DNA of 64,000 bases from positions 27,439-91,438 of the IMG/VR virus record IMGVR_UViG_3300042568_000467. The stretch is one strand, 5' to 3'. Origin of the DNA: a virus. The position numbers were made by a program, and so were the translations under genes. The first letter of the stretch is position 1, and each line of letters opens with the position of its first letter. Below the pieces are notes generated by a model. It saw only the letters and a list, made by a program, of their open reading frames with translations. It did no database searches and was not told the DNA's origin. Positions 42,010 through 51,400 of this stretch are shown one piece after another.

Positions 42010-42865
42010 AGCCAGCTTCCTCTTCTCTTTCTAATGCCTCTAATGCATATTGTATATCTTGTTCAGACGGCATAACTCTTACGCCATCTTTAAAAACTAT
42101 ATTGCCTCCGTAAACATCTTCGGCCATTCTTCTTCTCTCCATTTGAGCCCACTTAACTGCTCCATACTTTGATTGATTAGCTAGCCACTCTTCAGACCCT
42201 TCGTATGGGTAAAACATAAAGTTTCTAATTAAATATTTATTTCCCTGGGTTGCTGTTCTCACTCCATGATAGTAAGGCTCTCCTGATGGGAATACCATAA
42301 TGTCCCCTGCTTCTGGTTTGTAGGCTGGAACAAACTCTCCGTCTACATAAAACTCAATTTCTCCACCTTCATAATCATCATTTATATAAACAGTACAAGT
42401 TATAAAAAATTGATTACCAGGCATATCTTTTTCTGTTTGCTTAAAATCAGTATGAAATTGCATAGTTAGATTATTTTTTAAAGTGTCTACATTTGTATGA
42501 TATTTACAAAATGATGAGGATCCTAACTCAGAATCTTTTGGAAGCTCTACATTATACTTTTCAATATAATGATCTAGTGCTACATTGTATGCGTCAAAAA
42601 CTGTTTCGGCAGCCCAGTATTCGTTATCAAATGTTTCATTTTTTCCAAGCTGGTCTTGGACAGCATCTTTATGCTTTGTACTTGAGTATAAGCCAAATGC
42701 ACTCCATTGATACCACGGATTAAAATAATGTTCTCCAGAGTCTTTATCTTCCTCCGTTAAACCTTCTGTTGATTTTATAATTTCAAAGATCTTTTTATGA
42801 TCTGGTAGCAACCCTTTGTATACTTCAATTTTAGGGTATAACGTTTTTGATACTATATCACTCAT
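41984..42865 (-). CDS. 2OG-Fe(II) oxygenase, prolyl 4-hydroxylase-like
   Basis: FHTD, VYINDDYEGGEI, YYHGV, GNKY. Confidence 0.9.
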   Translation of the reverse strand: MSDIVSKTLYPKIEVYKGLLPDHKKIFEIIKSTEGLTEEDKDSGEHYFNPWYQWSAFGLYSSTKHKDAVQDQLGKNETFDNEYWAAETVFDAYNVALDHYIEKYNVELPKDSELGSSSFCKYHTNVDTLKNNLTMQFHTDFKQTEKDMPGNQFFITCTVYINDDYEGGEIEFYVDGEFVPAYKPEAGDIMVFPSGEPYYHGVRTATQGNKYLIRNFMFYPYEGSEEWLANQSKYGAVKWAQMERRRMAEDVYGGNIVFKDGVRVMPSEQDIQYALEALEREEEAGYGNCNAKG

Positions 42866-43533
42866 TCTGAATCCTTATCTAACTTAGAGATTGTCCAAAA
42901 CCAAGGCGATGTGTATCTGGTACCTGCTGTAATTACATCGACACCATGAATATAATTCAAGTCTCCAGGGAAAAAATATGCTGCTTTTCTTTTAGGTCTT
43001 ATTGCTACATCCTGTTTTGGAAAATGCAGTCTTCCGCCTTCATAATCTTCGTTTAAATAAAATATTGTTCCAATGTCATACCACGGGAAGTTTCCAGGCT
43101 TTCCAGCATCTGGACCTTCATGTAACTCTTTATCTGCATGTGGCCACTGCATAGACCCTACTGGCCATCTGACCAAGCATGGTCCTGTTGGATAAACCTC
43201 TACATTAAAATGCTTTTCGATAACTGGCTTTAGCCTTTGGATAATCTGCTCTAGCATTACTGACACTTCGGGATTTCCTTTATCTAAAGAAGCTCTTGTG
43301 GCGACACGATCTCTCCATACGTCGTGCTGATAAATTACTGTTCCGTTTTCATTAACCACATCTTGTCCACCGTCCCAAATAGTGTTACCCTTTACATAAC
43401 TTAACAGAAATTCACACTCTTCTTCTGTAAGAAAGTTTTCCACCTCAACAATATTTTCTTTTCCTGCTCCAAAGTATCCTGAGGGTGTAATTGAGGTTCT
43501 ATGTGTTCTTAAATCAGATTCATTAACGTGCAT
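42862..43533 (-). CDS. 2OG-Fe(II) oxygenase, prolyl 4-hydroxylase-like
   Basis: PHAD, FYLNEDYEGGRL, YIHGV, GTRY. Confidence 0.9.
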   Translation of the reverse strand: MHVNESDLRTHRTSITPSGYFGAGKENIVEVENFLTEEECEFLLSYVKGNTIWDGGQDVVNENGTVIYQHDVWRDRVATRASLDKGNPEVSVMLEQIIQRLKPVIEKHFNVEVYPTGPCLVRWPVGSMQWPHADKELHEGPDAGKPGNFPWYDIGTIFYLNEDYEGGRLHFPKQDVAIRPKRKAAYFFPGDLNYIHGVDVITAGTRYTSPWFWTISKLDKDSE

Positions 43534-43550
43534 TTTTTCTACCTATCATC

Positions 43551-44279
43551 TTATTCATATTTCTTGGGGACCCAAGTTTTTTGTTTGTAAACTCCAAATT
43601 TTTCATTTCCAAGCTCGTCTTGCCTGTAAATTTTTGTATGAGCTTCATGCTTTTCAACCATTTCTTCTTGTGTAAAAAGGTTAACTTCAGACGTCCATTC
43701 TTCTCTTTTATAAGGAAAAATTTGAGCGTAAGGAGTTCCTTTTTTAATAATACCTTGAAAAGTATTCTTTATAAAAAATGGCATAAGTCCTGGTGGCCCA
43801 TACCTATCACTGTCAATTATACCGCTTGTAGTCAAAAAAGGCAGCTCAAAATGATTTATCGGATGTGTTATTAAAGCGCTATACCCCTCTGGCAAAGTAA
43901 ATCCCCAGTTTGGATACCAATGATATGACTGCTTATAGTATCCATCTGGATAATAAAACTCACCCATATGAGGTCTAGAGTCACAAAATCCTTCAAACCC
44001 CTTTTCTGGTTGAATATAAGTAACTTCATTATAGCTGGAAACAGCAACATCGCATGGAGTTGTTAACATATATCCAGATGAAAATACATCAAGTAGCGCT
44101 GGGCACGATTTAAATCCAGGGCCTTTTTTGTTTTTAGGTGGAAAATCTATAACCTTATTATCTTTGTCTGTCCAGTATTTACTGGCATTTAAAAACCAAT
44201 TTGGGGTTGTTTTTTTTGCAGGAGACGGAGCGGTGTCCTTGTTATTATAAACTCTATTTGAATTAAAAACAATTTTCAT
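43551..44279 (-). CDS. hypothetical protein, DUF6065-related phage family
   Basis: PNWF, FKSCPALLD..SSGY, GYSALITHP, SGIIDSD, IKKGTPYAQIFP; loosely parallels motifs of 44276..44992. Confidence 0.55.
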   Translation of the reverse strand: MKIVFNSNRVYNNKDTAPSPAKKTTPNWFLNASKYWTDKDNKVIDFPPKNKKGPGFKSCPALLDVFSSGYMLTTPCDVAVSSYNEVTYIQPEKGFEGFCDSRPHMGEFYYPDGYYKQSYHWYPNWGFTLPEGYSALITHPINHFELPFLTTSGIIDSDRYGPPGLMPFFIKNTFQGIIKKGTPYAQIFPYKREEWTSEVNLFTQEEMVEKHEAHTKIYRQDELGNEKFGVYKQKTWVPKKYE

Positions 44280-44992
44280 TTTGTTAAATCTTTAACTCCA
44301 AGCTTGATCGATTTAACTTCATGTTCCCCTAAATGGTTTCCCATGTAGTCTACAGCATCTCTATAGTAATCAGTCCATGTTCCTTCAGAATTTGCTTTTT
44401 CTGCTGCTTTCATGGCACCCTCCATTGTAAGCGGTATATCTCTTTTAATTAAAGGAGCATTTCTTTCTTCATCTAAATTAACTGTAGAATTATTTAAGTC
44501 TGTAAGAGATATTGGCATAATTGCAATAAATGGTTCATTCGCTTTTATTGTAATAGGGACAAAAGGTCTGGTAATTTTCCAGGCTACTGGTAGTGGGCCT
44601 TCAAAAAAAGATGTACTTAATATACTAGTAACCGCACTTGCCCCATCTGTAAAACTATTTGGAACTGGAAAGGAAAGAAGGCTATAGTTTTTATCAGTGA
44701 CAAAACGTAGGTTAGTTTTAAAATTAATTGTTGCGTGTCCCCTACCCGTTTCACAATATTTTTCTCCCTGAAGGACTTTAACGTTATCTGGATAAGTACT
44801 AGTAATTCCATCCCACATAAATGTTATATCTTCAGGGAAAGATAGCCCCCAGCCAACCTGGTTACTTAAAGTTAAAGGGAAACATCTATATGCATGCTTA
44901 TGGGTAGTTTCGTCCATCCAATTTCTTTTTGCAGAAAGTGGAACTATGTTTGCAGAAAAATCTGAAACTTTATAAGCATTTAAATTAATCAA
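44276..44992 (-). CDS. DUF6065-like protein
   Basis: RNWMD.T...AYRCFPL..SNQVGW, PVPN, WKITRP, EPFIAIMP. Confidence 0.7.
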   Translation of the reverse strand: MINLNAYKVSDFSANIVPLSAKRNWMDETTHKHAYRCFPLTLSNQVGWGLSFPEDITFMWDGITSTYPDNVKVLQGEKYCETGRGHATINFKTNLRFVTDKNYSLLSFPVPNSFTDGASAVTSILSTSFFEGPLPVAWKITRPFVPITIKANEPFIAIMPISLTDLNNSTVNLDEERNAPLIKRDIPLTMEGAMKAAEKANSEGTWTDYYRDAVDYMGNHLGEHEVKSIKLGVKDLTK

Positions 44993-45740
44993 CTGATTTC
45001 TCTTCCATTAATTGTTCTGCTGGCTTAAACTTTTTCCCTTCAGTAATATGATTATATTCATAGCTAGCTTCAATTTCTCTGTACAGTGGTGTATGTGGAG
45101 CCTCTTGATAATCTAGCATGGTTACAATTGCATATTTTGTTCCTGATGTTACTGGCATTGCAGCATGAGAATATATAAAGGAAGATGGGAAAAGATAAAG
45201 GTCTCCAGCTCTTGGCTTTACCTTAACGCCAAGCTTGTCAAAAAATAACTCTCCTCCTTCGTAATCGTCGTTTATGTATCCAACTGAAGATAAAACGCAA
45301 ACGTAGGAGTACCCGTGATCTGAGTGAACATTAAAGTGTTGATTTTTACCATACTTAATAAAATTAAAAGCTTCCCAATAATTCAATGGTGGAATTTGAA
45401 ACATATTCATGTAGTCATAAACTGCTGAAAGTTGAGCAGCCTTTGACTCTCTCCAAATACTGCGTAGCTCAAATTCTTCTTCTGTGAAGTCTTCTGGCTC
45501 GACGTGTGTTCCGTTACCAAGCATTAAGGATCCGCCTTGGTTTTCTTTAATCTTGAAATCCCAAGCATCTCTATAATCTTTATTTAGGGTGTCGTATCCA
45601 GTCTGAGCAAGGTTCCAGTGTTTCTTGCCTTGTGTTTTAGAAAGAACAGATTCTAGTCTAGTGTCTAAATTATATTCTTTTTTAAATACATCTCTATATA
45701 CAATAATTCCTGGATAAATTGTTTCTGCATTTGGTAGCAT
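44985..45740 (-). CDS. 2OG-Fe(II) oxygenase, prolyl 4-hydroxylase-like
   Basis: VHSDHG, GYINDDYEGGEL, YSHAAMPV.SGTKY. Confidence 0.9.
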   Translation of the reverse strand: MLPNAETIYPGIIVYRDVFKKEYNLDTRLESVLSKTQGKKHWNLAQTGYDTLNKDYRDAWDFKIKENQGGSLMLGNGTHVEPEDFTEEEFELRSIWRESKAAQLSAVYDYMNMFQIPPLNYWEAFNFIKYGKNQHFNVHSDHGYSYVCVLSSVGYINDDYEGGELFFDKLGVKVKPRAGDLYLFPSSFIYSHAAMPVTSGTKYAIVTMLDYQEAPHTPLYREIEASYEYNHITEGKKFKPAEQLMEEKSVD

Positions 45741-46367
45741 TTAATTTGACTCCTTCTTATGCTTTTTGTCAATATAGTCATCATATTCTTTTGAATGGGC
45801 ATCATCGTTATAGTCTAACATGGTGACAAAAGAATACTTGGTTCCAGAATTTACTGGAAGAGCTATGTGAGAATAAATAAATGAAGATGGAAATATAATT
45901 AAATCACCAGCTTTAGGCTCTATGTGTAAATCAAATTTAGGGAAAAACAATCCTCCGCCAGTATAGTTATCATTAGGATATCCTACCAAAGAAACGGCGG
46001 ATTTGTATGACCAACCGTCGTCTGAATGCTCCTTAAAATATTGTCCTTTTCCATACTTTACAACATTTGTCCATTCCCAAAAATCCATTCTAATACTATA
46101 CATTTCGCAGTAATCTAGCACGGCTTCTTTTTGACAATTATATATGTCATTATATATATCTATATATTCTGGTAAATTATACATCTTGAGATCTTGGCAA
46201 TCTCTATACTCTAGATCCTGATCTTCTAAGCATACGGTAGCTGTATTCCATTTTAAAACACCAGAATCTACCTTATCTTCAATTCTTTGAATTAAGTTTA
46301 AATCTTCTGGGAAAGAATTTGGGTATTTCCATATGCCAGGATATAGTTGTTGTTTATTATATATCAT
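45741..46367 (-). CDS. 2OG-Fe(II) oxygenase, prolyl 4-hydroxylase-like (close paralog of 44985..45740)
   Basis: EHSDDG, GYPNDNYTGG, FPSSFIYSHIALPV.SGTKY. Confidence 0.9.
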   Translation of the reverse strand: MIYNKQQLYPGIWKYPNSFPEDLNLIQRIEDKVDSGVLKWNTATVCLEDQDLEYRDCQDLKMYNLPEYIDIYNDIYNCQKEAVLDYCEMYSIRMDFWEWTNVVKYGKGQYFKEHSDDGWSYKSAVSLVGYPNDNYTGGGLFFPKFDLHIEPKAGDLIIFPSSFIYSHIALPVNSGTKYSFVTMLDYNDDAHSKEYDDYIDKKHKKESN

Positions 46368-46373
46368 AAATAC

Positions 46374-46402
46374 ATAATATCATATTTAAAAAACCTAGTC
46401 AA
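46374..46402 (-). promoter_or_regulatory. leaderless promoter for oxygenase cluster
   Basis: TTGACT(46397-46402)-17-TATTAT(46374-46379)-6 nt-ATG(46367); extended TGn. Confidence 0.65.
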
Positions 46403-47954
46403 TAGTATCTTGTAGGGTTTTACATCCGTTGTAGGCTAGCATTGACTCTGCAATTAATAGCCCCCAAGGTTCTCTATAAATCAAATACACCTTGGTGTCC
46501 TTTTTAACAATTTCAACCTTTTCAACATCTATAAATTCTAATTCATTGTCTTTATAGGATACAATTTGATCGCCTTGTTTTAATTTAGAGCTTGTAATAA
46601 ATTTGTATTTATTTGCTCTTTTTATTAAAATCTGTTCTTGTGTTGATAAATCATACTTTTCTTCATCATTTATTCTAACAATTGAAGCGTAGTCTTGTTC
46701 ATTAATATCAAAGACTGTTGACTCAATGTAAGAAACATTTTCTAAAGAATCAGAGTTCCATGCATCTACAAGAGATATGCATTTCTTTGAAACTGAACCA
46801 ATAGTACAGTTTGGATCACCTTCTGGAATTTCGTCAAAGACTGCAGTTATAAGAATGTCGCCATTAACAATTTCTTTAGCTTTCTTATATCCGTCTTTTG
46901 TTAAGACGTTAGTGTTTTCTGGAATACAAAATCCTGGAGGACCAAAGAATCTAGGTGGCGAGAAGAATCCTGGAGGACCAAAAAATGTTGGTGGAGCAAA
47001 GAATCTCGGTGGGCTGAAGAACAGCGGCGGGCTGAAGAATCTAGGTGGGGTAAAGAACAGCGGTGGCACAAAGAATCTTGGCGGGGTGAAGAACAGCGGC
47101 GGGCTGAAAAACAGCGGTGGGCTAAAGAATAGTGGTGGCACGAAGAACAGCGGCGGGCTGAAAAACAGCGGCGGGCTGAAAAACAGCGGCGGGCTGAAGA
47201 ATAGTGGTGGGCTGAAAAATAGTGGTGGGGCAAAGAACAGCGGTGGGGCGAAAAATAGTGGTGGTGCAAAGAATCCTGGAGGAGAGAAGAATGTTGTAAC
47301 CTGATTAGATGTTGTTGGTGTTGAGTTTCCGTTTGCATTTACGGCAACTACGGTATAAGACTGGGTTGTTCCCATTGTTTCTCTGATATTAATTGTTGTT
47401 GCTGGTGGATTTCCAACAACCTCATATGGAGATGCTAATCCTCCTGGTTGAGCAGAGCTGTCTGAAGAAGTAATTATATACTTAGTTAAAGGCTTGCCTC
47501 CAGAAGTTGAAGCAGACCATGAAACAGTGTCTTGTCCTCTTAAATCGGTTGTGCTATGTCCTGGACCAGTTGTATTAGATGTTGAAGTTACTGTTGCTGG
47601 AGCAGCTGGAACTGTAGTAAATGTAACAGAAGATGAAGCAGCTGATGCTTCTGACTGACCATTAGCATTTGTTGCTTTTACTGTAGCTGTACCAACAGCT
47701 CCTTGAGGAATACCAATAACCGTAATAGGCGAAGATGTTCCAATTTCTGAAAATGATCCTTGTGCGCCACAATTTACAACAACTGTATAGCTTATAATTG
47801 GTAACTGATCTGGTGGATAATCAAAAGATACTACTGCTGCTGCATTATTAAATGGGCGATTCGTTCCAACATCTGTTAGAGTTACATTGATAGGTGGTAC
47901 TGGTAATTCAAAATCACCAGATAATTGAGCTCTTCTACCAACTTTTTTTGCCAT
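46395..47954 (-). CDS. FN3x2 - (FFxPPy)20 repeat - C-terminal Hint (intein-like) domain protein
   Basis: Two FN3-like units; 20 tandem hexapeptides; then CIPENTNVLTKDGYKKAKEIVNGD (Hint block A) ... VYLIYREPWGLLIAESMLAYN (blocks F/G). Confidence 0.85.
   Translation of the reverse strand: MAKKVGRRAQLSGDFELPVPPINVTLTDVGTNRPFNNAAAVVSFDYPPDQLPIISYTVVVNCGAQGSFSEIGTSSPITVIGIPQGAVGTATVKATNANGQSEASAASSSVTFTTVPAAPATVTSTSNTTGPGHSTTDLRGQDTVSWSASTSGGKPLTKYIITSSDSSAQPGGLASPYEVVGNPPATTINIRETMGTTQSYTVVAVNANGNSTPTTSNQVTTFFSPPGFFAPPLFFAPPLFFAPPLFFSPPLFFSPPLFFSPPLFFSPPLFFVPPLFFSPPLFFSPPLFFTPPRFFVPPLFFTPPRFFSPPLFFSPPRFFAPPTFFGPPGFFSPPRFFGPPGFCIPENTNVLTKDGYKKAKEIVNGDILITAVFDEIPEGDPNCTIGSVSKKCISLVDAWNSDSLENVSYIESTVFDINEQDYASIVRINDEEKYDLSTQEQILIKRANKYKFITSSKLKQGDQIVSYKDNELEFIDVEKVEIVKKDTKVYLIYREPWGLLIAESMLAYNGCKTLQDTID
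46932..47291 (-). repeat. 20 x 18-bp coding tandem repeat (FFxPPy)
   Basis: Units FFSPPG, FFAPPL, FFSPPL, FFVPPL, FFTPPR, FFSPPR, FFAPPT, FFGPPG; synonymous variation between copies. Confidence 0.97.
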
Positions 47955-47968
47955 TTAAATAACCTTTC

Positions 47969-48469
47969 TTAAGCTGTTAAATCACCGAATAGAAGCCATG
48001 TGTTGGCGTCACGCTTTAAAATTGTTGCCATTGACCATTGAAATCTTAATTTTCTACCTGGAGTAAAGTTTAAAGTTACACCAGTAGCGGCTACAACGGT
48101 AGTTTGGCCTGTTCCAGATTGCAAAATATCTATGGTTGTTCCAATTGGAAAGTCTACAACAGAATCAAGAGGTATCGTAAAGTTATTTGCAACCTGCATT
48201 CTGATGTCAATAATTGTGTCTCTTTCATCTAAACTGCTAAGGGTATATGGAAAATATTTAGTGCTAATTCTTGTTAAAGAAGGCACTGCTATTTTATCCT
48301 GAACACCATCTTGAAATCTTACTGTACCGCCTGAAAGATCAAGGGTTCCCTTTAGCTGGATATTTCCAGCTAAAGTTGTTTCCCCCTGAAATCCAGCACG
48401 TTTATTTACAGATAGCGAGTTGACCTGAAGGTCTTCGTCGGTGTTAAACTTACCCTTGTTGAGAGCCAT
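47969..48469 (-). CDS. virion accessory protein (fibre C-terminal-type domain)
   Basis: FPIGTTIDILQSGTGQTTVVAATGVTLN...TWLLFGDL. Confidence 0.6.
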   Translation of the reverse strand: MALNKGKFNTDEDLQVNSLSVNKRAGFQGETTLAGNIQLKGTLDLSGGTVRFQDGVQDKIAVPSLTRISTKYFPYTLSSLDERDTIIDIRMQVANNFTIPLDSVVDFPIGTTIDILQSGTGQTTVVAATGVTLNFTPGRKLRFQWSMATILKRDANTWLLFGDLTA

Positions 48470-48478
48470 AGTTTTACC

Positions 48479-51400
48479 TTATGCCTGAGCCTCTGTCCAA
48501 GATAGTCGTCCGAACACTGATGCTGTTGATGAACCAATGTTCTGTACAACAATAGTTAGAACGTCTGGACCATCTGGATAGATGTTGGCGTTAGCAGCTG
48601 ATCCGCCACCGCCGAGGATTGAGTTACCAAGATCTCTAACTCCCGATAGGTCGATTGAGTTTGCTCCAGATCCTACGAAGAATCCTGCTGTAACTTCACC
48701 ACCAGCTACTGTAACGTTACCAGCAGATTGATAATCTGCAATCTGAGACAGTGAGGAGTTAGCAACGTTTGCAGCGTTACCGACTGCGTTTGTCCAAGTT
48801 GTTGAAGCCGAAGGTACACCATTAAGTATCGCTGTTACCAAAAGATTGGCGTTAGATGTTGAGGTTGTAACGTCAAGTGCTCTTAGCGTCAGCTGCATTC
48901 TATTAATAAGTTCTCTTGCACCAAATGTTGATGCGATACCGTTATCTACAGAAGGTGCTACACGAATTGAAAACAGTGCTCTTGATTGCCCTGCTGCAAT
49001 TGCGGTTGAACTTCTCTGTCCATATGTAAAGACGAGAGATTTATCATCATCATATCTTCCGTCCATAATAACTGAGGTACCCCAGTGTGATATGGATGCT
49101 GAGAATGATGGATACGCTAGCTCTACCATTGTTGGAGCAACTGCGTCAAATGTAAACAATTGCGCTGATGTAGCTCCCATTGGCGCTGCGATTACTCCTG
49201 TTGGGTTTGCATCAAGTGCTGCCTTGCTTGTTTTAATTGTATTTCCATTGATAGCTGCAATAAATGTACCTTCTGGATATAAATCGTTAATAAGTCTCAT
49301 TCCAACTTGTAGGTTGGCTGAGCTAGAAACTGTTCCTATAGAAGAACCAGATGCCTGAGTGATATTGATAGAGGCTTCTCCAGCTTTTCCTCTTGTAAGA
49401 CCAGTAAATGATGTAGCAGATTTTCCAGAATAGTTTACATACTCAACATTAGTGTTGTCTTTAATTGCTAAAGTACCAGTTGGAGGGAAACCTGCTGTTG
49501 ATCTTACTGCTAACGCCAAATCTGTGGTCAAAACAGTTTGTGTGGTTGCTGTATATGGAGGTGTTGTTGAAGACTCGTAGCGAGCTGGAAGGTTTCCGCT
49601 TCGCATATAGGCTTCTGTATTTACGTTATTGTTTGGCATCTTGTGGCAATAAATAACGTCACCCTTCGGACCTCTTACACCCCAACGTACGAAACCAGCT
49701 CCATACCAAGTATAGTCAATATAAAACATCTGCATCTTTGAAAGATCGATATTGTATTGAGATGGTCCTGTTCCATCTAGCTTATCAATATTAAATGATG
49801 ACTGTGGAATTTTTGTTTCTTGAGTTTTTGAAATTATTGCAAATTGAGTAGTAGCACCACGATAAGCAGGGCTAATAGTCATAGATGTATCATTTTGAAT
49901 TGCAATAACTTTGTAAGACTGTCCTCTAATTACAATATAATCTCCTGGGATTAATTGCTTAGAGAAAAATGTTGGGAAGTAAGCACTTGACTGTGTGATG
50001 GTTGCTCCACCAAAGTTAGCATTTACTTTTCCAGATAGCTGGAATGTAGAGTTTCTGCGAACTGCATTTAGTGTAGTTCCATCGTACTCCCAGTATAGAC
50101 CGTTTTGATTATCAAACATTCCAAGTCTATTTTGGCATCCATACCATGACTCTACAGAAGCAAAAAAGTCTCCTGTTGCAATTGAAGATGAAGGTATAGA
50201 CAGTGCGTTATACTGGAACTTATCATCAGAAATTACGCTTTGAATTTCAAATGTTCCGTTGTATTCTGTCTGAGTACATCCGCCAATCTTAATCATAGTT
50301 CCTGGCTGTAAATTGTGCTTTTCTTTTGTTTGAACTGTTACAACAACTGTACCGTTGCTTTGGATATTTTCAATTCCTGCATAAGGCTTTAGAATTGTAC
50401 CAGAAGAAGCCTGTAGGCCCTTACCAGATTGATATCTAAAGTAACGTCGAGTTTGACGAATACATGATGCATAATTTGAACCAGCATTTGTTCCAAAGAT
50501 AACTCCGCCGTCATTTGGTCTATGTGCAAACTGTGATTGTGGTCTTACATAAATTATTGCTCCACCGCCAACAGTTCCTGTTGGGGCTACTGCGTGATAG
50601 TAAGAAAATGTTTGTGGGCCAGTAATTTGAGCAACCTCTTGATTACCATTTGGAGGGTTAGTTGTTGCTGTTGCACCAATTACTACAATTTCATTACCTA
50701 TCGCAAGTCCGTGAGGAATTGTTGTTGTTACGGTAATTTTTCTTCCGCTATATGTAAATGAAGGGCTTCCGCCAATTGCTGATCCAGTAAAGACATCTCC
50801 TTGAACAACAAGTGTCTTATTTGGATCTAGAATTGCTTCAATTCCACTTCGGTTTACAGCATTTGCTGTATAGCTAAATGTTGATCCTCCGCCACCTGAC
50901 TCAATAATAAAGTTACCATTTGCAGCTGTTAGATAAGTGTCAACTACGGTAATTGAAGTTCCGTTTGCTGGGGCAACACCAGAGCTAAGTGTTATTGAAA
51001 CTGTTTTTGAGTTATTAGGAAAGCTAATTGCAGAAATGTTTGGGATTGGAGTTGGGCGAGCATAAGAATATGGTCTGTTGTTATAAAGTCCCAAGTTTTC
51101 CCATTTTGTTTGCTGAATACCATACTCAAAGTCGGTATCAATTAGAGCCTGTGGCTGAGTGACACGAAGCTTATTTGTTGTGTCTAACAAAACCTCTGCT
51201 GGCATAAATGTTTCTGAATGGTCATCAATTGTAATCTGAAGTTTATCAGTAGAACTCATTGATGCTGTATTGTATTCTAGAACAAGCGTAGTGTTTTCCA
51301 CCATTGCTGAGCTTGTGCTTGTATTGTATGAAGTGCATCCCAAGCTAGGATCTGAAAAATTATAAATAACCTGATTGGTTGTTACGTTTGTAATCAACAA

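Noticed and set aside
46428-46928. Canonical splicing intein or mobile element
   Set aside because: No endonuclease, +1 residue is Gly, only 10 aa of C-extein, and conserved His residues are missing.
46932-47291. Possible CRISPR array
   Set aside because: Contiguous 18-bp in-frame units with no unique spacers, and no cas genes in the window.
46777-47304. + strand ORF with GGLKNS repeats, and the alternate-frame - ORF 46901..47338
   Set aside because: Shadows of the FFxPPy repeat. Variation is synonymous in the FFxPPy frame, which is also continuous with the FN3 and Hint domains.
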